Shown here: positions 56,758 through 64,000 of the stretch, piece by piece | Layout of the letters: each line of letters starts with the position of its first letter | How positions within the stretch are numbered: the stretch's first letter is position 1 | Source of the DNA: an uncultured Actinomycetes bacterium | GTDB lineage: Bacteria > Actinomycetota > Acidimicrobiia > IMCC26256 > PALSA-610 | Assembly: GCA_963814995.1 (NCBI GenBank) | Contig: CAWFFF010000012.1 | Location: forward strand, 140 to 64,139 | DNA: 64,000 bases | Direction of reading: 5' to 3' | The notes under the pieces: model-generated | Told to the model about the DNA's origin: nothing | Seen by the model: the letters and a program-made list of their open reading frames with translations, nothing else | Databases searched by the model: none | Translations under genes and position numbers: made by a program

Positions 56758-57023
56758 GCGTGACTCCTCATCCCCGTGTCGACGGCGTCCGTGCCCGCCC
56801 GCGGGGGAACCGGATCGAAGCCCCGGCCACCCAACGGGTGACACCGGCTCAACCGCCGGATCGACAACCAGGCGCCGCGCGCCGCTCCGTGTTCCACGAC
56901 CGCCTCTCGGGCGTATTCCGAGCACGACGGGATAAAGCGGCACGGCGACGGACGATGGGCTCTCAACTGCTGGTAGATGTTGATGCCCCCGAGCATCATG
57001 CGCGCGGAGCGTGAGTTTTTCAT
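56751..57023 (-). CDS. yidD: Membrane protein insertion efficiency factor YidD
   Basis: ..[50 protein letters not shown]. The ATG lies 2 nt after the rnpA stop. Confidence 0.88.
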   Translation of the reverse strand: MKNSRSARMMLGGINIYQQLRAHRPSPCRFIPSCSEYAREAVVEHGAARGAWLSIRRLSRCHPLGGRGFDPVPPRAGTDAVDTGMRSHAC

Positions 57024-57025
57024 GG

Positions 57026-57356
57026 TCAGGCTCCTGCGAGCTGGGTCAAGATCGCGCGCAACGTGTTGGAAAGCTCGGCGTACGACTGGTGCGCGGCATT
57101 CGGAGTCGCGCGCGACGAGATATCCCGCGCCGGGTTCAAGTGACTGTGCGTGCTCACGCAGCGCGGCCCGGAGTCGGCGGCGGACCCGATTACGGGTCAC
57201 GGCATCACCGACGGAGCGCCCGACGGAAAATGTCACCCGCGGCGGTTCGGCCGTCGTGCCCAGCACAGCCGTCCTCACCTCGAGATTTCCTGCACGACGG
57301 CGCCGCCCACGAGCGAGCGTTCGAAACGATGATTGGCCACGAACCCGCCAGATCAG
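57026..57356 (-). CDS. rnpA: Ribonuclease P protein component (one frame change as assembled; non-canonical or unresolved start)
   Basis: ..[26 protein letters not shown]...[26 protein letters not shown].. After a CGCGCG run near ~57110 the true C-terminus ..[29 protein letters not shown] reads in another frame and stops at 57026. Only CTG or ATC is available as a start at the rpmH stop. Confidence 0.75.
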
Positions 57357-57487
57357 GCTGAGAGGTTGGAGCGGCCCTTGCTGCGCCGGCGACGGATCAC
57401 GGCGCGCCCGGCGCGGTTCCGCATCCGGAGCCGGAAGCCGTGCTTCTTCTTCCGTTTCCGATTGTTCGGCTGGTATGTCCGTTTCAC
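57353..57487 (-). CDS. rpmH: 50S ribosomal protein L34
   Basis: (M)[43 protein letters not shown], 44 aa. GTG start with GAGGAGG 6 nt upstream. Confidence 0.95.
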   Translation of the reverse strand: MKRTYQPNNRKRKKKHGFRLRMRNRAGRAVIRRRRSKGRSNLSA

Positions 57488-57824
57488 GCATGGCCTCCTC
57501 GAACGCCCGGGCCGAGGTGGGGCCCCGGGGCGGGCGCGCGGCTCGGGTCGGAGCACGCGCGCACAAGTGAATCGCAGAGTGTACGGGCTGATCACGAACC
57601 ACAGCAATCCGCCCGCAGCTCTTCGCAAGTGACCGGCAATGCCGGACAAGTGGTCCTTGTGTGACTTGTTGGCACACTCCGGCGCGGGGAGATAGCGTCC
57701 CCTTCCCCCGGAGGACCGGTCGGCCCCCGCTCTCCGGTACTTCCCCGTGGCCACGTCGTCAACGAAATCGAGGCGGCGGAACCGAATGGCCCAGGAGCAG
57801 CCCCGACCGTAGGTCCGGTCGGGC

Positions 57825-57856
57825 TTCTCCACACGTGTGGACATAGTTGTGGACAA
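57825..57856. promoter_or_regulatory. Three DnaA boxes immediately upstream of dnaA (autoregulatory / left part of origin region)
   Basis: TTCTCCACA (57825-33) and TGTGGACAT (57836-44) form the 14-nt palindrome TCCACACGTGTGGA. TGTGGACAA (57848-56) equals TTGTCCACA. Confidence 0.7.
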
Positions 57857-57870
57857 TCGGGGAGTCGGTG

Positions 57871-59271
57871 ATGGGCACTCCAGCGGCAGATGACCTGTGG
57901 GTGAAGGTCGCGGCGGCGGTCCGGGCTCAGCTCTCCGAGGCCACCTGGAACACCTGGTTCCAAGGGGTGCACGCACTCGACTGCACCGATGAGACGCTCC
58001 TGTTGGGCGTCCCCAGCTCGGTCGCGGTCGAGCGCATTCGCACGAGCTACCTCGGTCTCCTCGCCGACGCGGTCCAGGCTCTGACCGGCGTGCCCCACTC
58101 GATCGAGCTCATGGTCGACACCGCACCCCGGGCCGACGCCGACGAGATCCACGACCTGGCGCCGGACGCTCCCGCCGACGTGGTGGTCGAACGGGCCCGC
58201 GTCCCCGAAGCCGACACCGCGAACGCCTGGCCGAGCACCCAACTCAATCCCCGGTACACGTTCGACCAGTTCGTCATCGGGGCCTCGAACCGCTTCGCGC
58301 ACGCGGCAGCGCTCAGTGTGGCGGAGAGCCCGGCCCGGTCGTACAACCCGCTGTTCATCTACGGACCGGCCGGACTCGGGAAAACTCACCTGCTCCACGC
58401 GATCGGACACCATGTCCGTGCGCTGTTCTCGAGCAAGCGCATCCGCTACGTCTCGACCGAGACGATGATGAACGAATTCGTCGACGCGATGCGCTCCAAG
58501 GGCATGCCCGCCTTCAAACGCCGGTACCGCGAGGTCGACGTCCTGCTCGTCGACGACATCCAGTTCCTGGAGCGCACCGAGCAGCTCCAAGAGGAGTTCT
58601 TCTACACGTTCAACGACCTACACGGCCGGGGCAGCCAGATCGTGATCTCCTCCGACCGGCCGCCGAAGTCGATCGCGACCATCGAAGATCGCCTCCGGAG
58701 CCGGTTCGAATGGGGCCTGATCACCGACATCCAGCCCCCGGAGTTCGAGACCCGCCTCGCGATCCTGCGCAAGAAGGCCGAGGCTGAGCACCTCGAAGGC
58801 ATTCCCGACGGCGTCCTGGCCTTCATCGCCGACAACGTCGTCGACAACGTGCGTGAGCTCGAGGGGTCACTCATCCGGGTCGCCGCCTACTCGAGCCTGC
58901 ACCGGGTGCCTCTGAGCGAGGACGTGGCCAAGGAGATCCTCTCCGACCTCCTCCCGGCCCGCAGCCCTCGGGTGATCACGCCGCAACTCATCCTCGAGAC
59001 GACCGCCAAGATGTTCGGCTGGACGATCGACGACCTCTGTGGCAAGAGCCGGCGCCGGCCGCTGGTCATGGCCCGCCAGATCGGCATGTACGTCTTTCGC
59101 GAGCTGACCGACTACAGCTATCCCAAGATCGCCGAGGAGTTCGGTGGCCGCGACCACACGACGGTCATGCACGCATGCGAGAAGATCCGAGGCCAGATGG
59201 CCGAGAAACGTGTCGTCTTCGAGCAGGTCAACGACCTGATCAACCGGATCAAGCACGGTGCAAGTGGATAA
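57871..59271 (+). CDS. dnaA: Chromosomal replication initiator protein DnaA
   Basis: Walker [19 protein letters not shown], the sensor region and the C-terminal DNA-binding domain ..[36 protein letters not shown].. The start is set at ATG 57871 (GGGGAG 6 nt upstream), downstream of the DnaA boxes. Confidence 0.93.
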   Translation: MGTPAADDLWVKVAAAVRAQLSEATWNTWFQGVHALDCTDETLLLGVPSSVAVERIRTSYLGLLADAVQALTGVPHSIELMVDTAPRADADEIHDLAPDAPADVVVERARVPEADTANAWPSTQLNPRYTFDQFVIGASNRFAHAAALSVAESPARSYNPLFIYGPAGLGKTHLLHAIGHHVRALFSSKRIRYVSTETMMNEFVDAMRSKGMPAFKRRYREVDVLLVDDIQFLERTEQLQEEFFYTFNDLHGRGSQIVISSDRPPKSIATIEDRLRSRFEWGLITDIQPPEFETRLAILRKKAEAEHLEGIPDGVLAFIADNVVDNVRELEGSLIRVAAYSSLHRVPLSEDVAKEILSDLLPARSPRVITPQLILETTAKMFGWTIDDLCGKSRRRPLVMARQIGMYVFRELTDYSYPKIAEEFGGRDHTTVMHACEKIRGQMAEKRVVFEQVNDLINRIKHGASG

Positions 59272-59475
59272 CGCTGTGGACAGCTGCGGACAACGGCGGA
59301 GCGCCCGGGGAGAACGACACGACCGGCCGCGAAGCCCTCAATCGCCTGTGCACTTCTGTGGACGACGGGGTGCGCGCGAATTGGGGCATCCACCGGGGAC
59401 GACGCGTGGTTGTCCACAATCCACAGGGCCTACTACTACAACAACCAAGAATTCAGATTCGAAAGCATCAAGGAG
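59263..59475. other. oriC core: DnaA-box cluster plus AT-rich putative unwinding element between dnaA and dnaN
   Basis: Boxes, given as their TTATCCACA-type complements: TTATCCACT (59263-71), CTGTCCACA (59275-83), TTGTCCGCA (59285-93), TCGTCCACA (59357-65), TTGTCCACA (59410-18) and ATCCACA (59419-25). An AT-rich stretch, TACTACTACAACAACCAAGAATTCAGATTCGAAAGCATC, follows at 59431-69. Confidence 0.75.
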
Positions 59476-59481
59476 GACAGT

Positions 59482-60575
59482 GTGAAGTTCCGGTGCGAGC
59501 GTGACACCCTTGCGGATGCCGTCGCGACCGCGCAGCGGACGGTGGCGAGTCGAAGCGGGGCTCTGCCCGTTCTCCAGGATCTCCGGATCTCGGCGACCGC
59601 CGACGGGTTGGAGCTCATTGGCTCCGACCTCGAGATCACCAACCGTGTGCAGGTCCCGGCCGAGGTCGAGGAGCCTGGGATCGCGGTAGTCCCGAAGCTG
59701 CTCGGCGAGATCGTTCGGAAGTTGGAGCCCGGCCCCGTCACCGTTGCGGTGACGGGCGACGAAGCGGTGATCTCCGCGGGGCGGTTCTCGACGTCGTTGC
59801 GGCTGAAGCCGGCCGAGGACTACCCGCGGCTCGCGTCGAGTGAGGGCCAGGGCGTGAAGGTCGACTCGCACGCCTTCGCCGCCGCGTTGCGCCAGGTCGT
59901 CCGGGCGGCGTCGAAGGACGATCTCCGACCGATCCTCACCGGAGTGCTCATGACGGCACATGCAGGTGGACTCAGGCTCGTCGCCACCGACTCGTACCGG
60001 CTCGCAGTCCGCGACCTGAAGGGCGTCAGCATGCTGACCGAGGGCCAACGGGTCCTCGTCGCAGCCAAGGGTCTGTCCGAGGTGCAACGACTCGCCGGCG
60101 ACGGTGAGATCGACGTGGTCCTGCGCGAGCGCGACGTCGTGTTCCGCACCTCTCGCGCCGAGGTGACCGCCCGCCTGATCGAGGGTGACTTCCCGAACTA
60201 CGAGCAGTTGATCCCGAGTGGTTACCCGAACCGGCTCACCGTCGCCGCGAAGCATTGATGGAGGCGCTCGATCGTGTGCAGATCGTCGGACAGAACCGCG
60301 ACAACGCGGCCGTGCGCATCTCGATGAACGCCGACGGCCTCGAGCTCGCGATGTCGGCGCAGGACATCGGCAACGCGCAGGAGACGCTCGACGCGAAGTT
60401 CGAGGGGACGGAGCTGACCGTTGCGTTCAACCCGGTGTTCCTGCGCGACGGTGTGGACGCGATCGACGCCGACGAGGTTGCGCTCGACACGATCGACCCG
60501 TTGAAGCCGGCCACGTTGCGCGCGGCAGGCGGCGACGACTTCCTCTACCTGCTCATGCCCGTGCGTACTTCGTAA
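59482..60575 (+). CDS. dnaN: DNA polymerase III beta sliding clamp (one frame change as assembled)
   Basis: (M)KFRCERDTLADAVATAQR... with GTG 59482 five nt after AAGGAGG. ..LIPSGYPNRLTVAA then shifts (a missing G near ~60249) into ..EALMEALDRVQIV...LYLLMPVR of frame 60255..60575. Confidence 0.9.
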
Positions 60576-60582
60576 ACGCTGT

Positions 60583-61731
60583 GTGCTCATGCTCGTGACG
60601 GCCGACGCCGGGCCGGCGACCAGTGTCGGGCATCTCTGGCTCACCGACTTCCGGTGTCTGCGCGAGATCGACATCGAGCTCGCGTCGGGGCTCACGGTGC
60701 TCCAGGGCGCGAACGGACAGGGGAAGACGAGCCTGCTCGAGGCGGTGGGCTGGGTCGCGCGGGCGCGGTCGTTCCGGGGCGTCGGCGACGCGATGCTCGT
60801 GCGCTCGGGTGCCGCCGAGTCGATCGTGCGGGCCGAGGTGACCACGAGTGGCCGACAGCAGTTGTTCGAGGCCGAGATCAAGGCCGCGGGCCGTAACCGC
60901 ATCATGTGCAACCGCCAGCCCGTCGCCCGGGCGCGTGATCTGCACGGGCTGCTCCGCGTCACCGTGTTCGCGCCGGACGACCTCAGCCTCGTGAAGGGGG
61001 GCCCGAGCGAACGGCGTGACTTCCTCGACGAGATCCTGGCCATGCTCGCGGCGCGTTACGACGCGGCGCGCACCGACTTCGAGCGCGTGTTGAAGCAGCG
61101 CAACGCACTCTTGCGCTCGGGGATCCGTGACGACGACGCCCGCTTCACCCTCGACGTCTTCGACGATCAACTCGTGCACGCCGGAGCCGAGCTCGTGCGG
61201 GGCCGTCTGAGGCTGCTCGAACGGCTCGTCCCGACGGTCGCGCAGGCGTACGAGATGCTCGCGCTCGACGCCCGGCCCGTCACCGCGACGTACGTGAGCG
61301 GGGCGGCCCCGGTGCCCCTCACGGCCGCCGACGCGGACATGATCGAAGCCCAGCTCCGCGACGCGCTGGAACGACGCCGGCGGGCGGAGATCGAACGCGG
61401 GATCACGCTGGTCGGTCCCCACCGGGACGAGTTGCAACTGATGATCGACGGCCTCGACGCTCGCTACCAGGCGTCTCAGGGCGAACAACGCACGTTGGCC
61501 TTGGCCCTGCGGCTCGCGGGCCATCTCGTGGTGCGCGAGCTCGCGGGCGCAGCCCCGGTGTTGTTGCTCGACGACGTCTTCAGCGAGCTCGACGCGAACC
61601 GGGCCGCGGCACTCGTGCGGAACCTTCCCCCCGGGCAGACGCTGCTCACGACCGCCGGTGCACTGCCTCCCGACGTCGTTGCGCAACAGACACTCGTCGT
61701 GCACGGCGGGCGCGTCGTCTCGCAATCGTGA
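60583..61731 (+). CDS. recF: DNA replication/repair protein RecF
   Basis: ..LWLTDFRCLREIDIEL..LQGANGQGKTSLLEAV.. (Walker A), ..ASQGEQRTLALALRLA.. (signature) and ..LLLDDVFSELD.. (Walker B). Confidence 0.9.
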   Translation: MLMLVTADAGPATSVGHLWLTDFRCLREIDIELASGLTVLQGANGQGKTSLLEAVGWVARARSFRGVGDAMLVRSGAAESIVRAEVTTSGRQQLFEAEIKAAGRNRIMCNRQPVARARDLHGLLRVTVFAPDDLSLVKGGPSERRDFLDEILAMLAARYDAARTDFERVLKQRNALLRSGIRDDDARFTLDVFDDQLVHAGAELVRGRLRLLERLVPTVAQAYEMLALDARPVTATYVSGAAPVPLTAADADMIEAQLRDALERRRRAEIERGITLVGPHRDELQLMIDGLDARYQASQGEQRTLALALRLAGHLVVRELAGAAPVLLLDDVFSELDANRAAALVRNLPPGQTLLTTAGALPPDVVAQQTLVVHGGRVVSQS

Positions 61732-62051
61732 AGAACCGGCGAGGTGACGAACCCGTCCCGTTGCGAGAGGCCGTCGAACGGGTCGGGCGCGAGCTCGGCC
61801 TGGCCGGTCCCGACGTCGTCGACACACTCGTCGCGCACTGGCGCGAAATCGTCGGGCCGGCGATTGCGGAGCACGCGCAGGTGCGATCGGTACGCGACGG
61901 CGAGTGCACGATCGCGGTCGACGGGCCCGCGTTCGCGACCCAACTGCGGTACGCCGCGAACGACCTCGTCGCCCGCGTGAACGAGCACTGTGGCGACGGT
62001 TCGGTGACGTCGATCCGGGTGGTCGTTTCAGGTCCCGCGAAGAACGGTTGA
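61728..62051 (+). CDS. DUF721 domain protein (DciA-type; the recF-gyrB spacer gene of actinomycetes)
   Basis: ..VVDTLVAHWREIVGPAIAEHAQVRSVRDGECTIAVDGPAFATQLRY.. The GTG overlaps the recF stop (GTGA). Confidence 0.75.
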   Translation: MKNRRGDEPVPLREAVERVGRELGLAGPDVVDTLVAHWREIVGPAIAEHAQVRSVRDGECTIAVDGPAFATQLRYAANDLVARVNEHCGDGSVTSIRVVVSGPAKNG

Positions 62052-62170
62052 AGCGCCATTTTCTGGTACACTGAGTTCACGTAAAACACCCCCTGTGACC
62101 AGGGCTTTTGTGTGCCCGGCTCGGGTGTTTTGGGCACGCCGACGACAGGCTTGCTGGAAGGGACTTACGC

Positions 62171-64000
62171 GTGGCGTACGGCGCCAAGGACATCTCCATT
62201 CTCAAGGGACTTCAGCCGGTCCGCGAACGGCCCGGCATGTACATCGGGTCGACCGGCCCCTCAGGTCTGCACCACCTCGTGTACGAGGTCGTCGACAACT
62301 CCGTCGACGAGGCTCTTGCGGGTTACGCGACCCGGATCGAGGTGACGCTGCTGCCCGGCGGCGGCTGTCGCGTGGTCGACGACGGACGGGGCATTCCAGT
62401 CGACCCACATCCCGAGTATCCCGACAAGTCGGCGGCCGAGATCGTGCTGACCATGCTCCATGCGGGCGGCAAGTTCGGCGGCGAGGCCTACAAGATCTCC
62501 GGCGGGTTGCACGGCGTCGGTGTGTCCGTCGTGAATGCACTTTCCCGCCGGCTCGAGATGGAAATTCGCAGCAACGGTGGCCGGTACTCGATGGTGTTCG
62601 TCGACGGCGGCGAACCCGTCGCCGGCTTGGAGCGCATTGGTGACTCCGACGAGCACGGCACGTCGATCACGTTCTGGCCCGACGCCACGATCATGGAAGA
62701 GGTCGAGTTCCGCGCGCAGACCCTCGTGGAGCGCCTGCGGGAGATGGCCTTCCTCAACAAGGGTCTCGAGATCGCCTTCCGCGACGAGCGCGGGGAAGAG
62801 GCGACCGAGCAGATCTTCAAGTACGACGGCGGCATCGTCGACTTCGTGATGCACCTGAACGCGTCGAAAGAGCCGTTGTTCACGACGGTCATCGACATCA
62901 GCGACACGTATGAGAGCGGCGAGGTCGAGATCGCCCTGCAGTGGAACACCGGCTTCTACGAAGGCCTCCACTCGTTCGCGAACAACATCGCCACCACCGA
63001 AGGCGGGATGCACGAAGAGGGCTTCAAGAAGTCGCTCACGAACGTGGTGAACAAGTACTCCCGCGCCAAGGGGATCCTCAAGGAGAAGGACGAGAATCTT
63101 CTCGGCGAGGACATCCGGGAGGGCCTCACCGCGATCGTGTCGGTGAAGCTGCGCAACCCGCAGTTCGAGGGGCAGACGAAGACCAAGCTCGGCAACACCG
63201 AGATCCGGTCGTTCGTCGAGCGGGCCACGAACGACAAGCTCGCCGAGTGGCTCGAAGAGCACCCGAACGAAGCCAAGGTCATCGTCACGAAGTCGACGCA
63301 GGCCGCAAACGCGCGGATGGCCGCGCGCCAGGCGCGTGATCTCACGCGCCGCAAGTCGTTGCTCGAGTCCGCGCTGATGCCCGGCAAGCTCTCCGACTGC
63401 TCTACGCGCAACGCCGGAAGAAGCCGAACTGTTCATCGTCGAAGGCGACAGTGCCGGCGGTAGTGCGAAGAAGGCGCGCGATCCGCGGTTCCAGGCGATC
63501 CTGCCGATCCGCGGCAAGATCTTGAACGTCGAGCGTTCGCGCATCGACAAGATGTTCAAGAACGAGGAGATTCAGGCCCTCATCTCGGCCGCAGGCACGG
63601 GCATCGGTGAAGAGTTCGAAATCTCGAAACTCCGCTACCACAAGATCATCATCATGACCGACGCCGACGTCGACGGTTCGCACATCCGCACGCTGTTGCT
63701 GACGTTCTTCTACCGGCAGTTGCCCGAGATCGTGAGCGGCGGTCATGTGTACATCGCGCAGCCGCCTCTGTACGGCGCGAAGCTCGGCAAGGACGATCGC
63801 GCCTATCTGAAGGACGATGCCGCCCTCGCCGCCTTCGAGGCTGCGAATCCCGGTCGCAAGATCGAGGTGAGCCGGTTCAAGGGTCTCGGCGAGATGGACT
63901 GGCACGAGCTCGGCGACACCACGATGAACCCCGCAACCCGCACGCTGTTGCAGGTGTCGGTCGAGGAGATCGACGCGATCGCAGACAAGACATTCTCGAC
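62171..64000 (+). CDS. gyrB: DNA gyrase subunit B (one frame change as assembled; 3' end beyond window)
   Basis: [41 protein letters not shown] and GGLHGVG. After ~63415 (an extra G) the frame changes to ..[34 protein letters not shown]...[22 protein letters not shown]..., which stays open to base 64000. GTG start at 62171. Confidence 0.92.

Noticed and set aside
62073-62088. parS-like GAGTTCACGTAAAACA upstream of gyrB
   Set aside because: It has four mismatches to the 16-bp consensus, including loss of the left arm and the central CACGTG. It is unlikely to bind ParB specifically.

Overview
This is a very GC-rich (by eye roughly 70%, not computed) actinobacterial-type chromosome segment that spans the replication origin.

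- **About 28-64 kb:** the conserved origin neighbourhood, in essentially actinomycete/mycobacterial order. It reads nucS, intein-interrupted dnaB, rplI-rpsR-ssb-rpsF, DUF192, panB, DUF5318 / PadR-ino1, a methyltransferase, cca, an orphan pilT, an HDAC-family deacetylase, GNAT-DUF6049-murJ (start/stop overlapped), degV, a sigM-like ECF sigma plus anti-sigma, trxB-trxA-cwlM, parB-parA, two perfect parS sites and rsmG-jag-yidC-yidD-rnpA-rpmH. Then come dnaA, a short DnaA-box/AT-rich oriC, dnaN, recF, DUF721 and gyrB, which runs off the window.
- **1-22 kb:** an accessory glycan assembly/tailoring island. It holds a Wzt/Wzm-type ABC exporter, GT1/GT2/GT4 glycosyltransferases (several as giant multidomain fusions), three sulfotransferase domains, several methyltransferases, two PhyH-type dioxygenases and two paralogous radical-SAM/SPASM enzymes. 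A ModA-like lipoprotein and a sulfatase/LTA-synthase-family membrane enzyme follow.
- **22-28 kb:** small regulators and hydrolases (MarR plus methyltransferase, alpha/beta hydrolase, amidase).
- No rRNA, tRNA, CRISPR array, transposase or integrase was recognised.

**Caveat.** Roughly twenty reading-frame breaks affect about fifteen genes, usually at short G/C runs. The affected genes include indispensable ones (dnaB, dnaN, gyrB, trxB, rnpA, panB), so the sequence almost certainly carries assembly indel errors. Split ORFs are reported as single genes with approximate frameshift positions.

**Most interesting items:**
- a 1022-aa sulfotransferase / coiled-coil / glycosyltransferase fusion that looks like a WbdD-style chain terminator or ruler using sulfation;
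- duplicated rSAM/SPASM tailoring enzymes inside a glycan cluster;
- a 7 x 48-bp tandem repeat whose unit carries its own SD-like box plus ATG;
- palindromic DnaA-box pairs upstream of dnaB.
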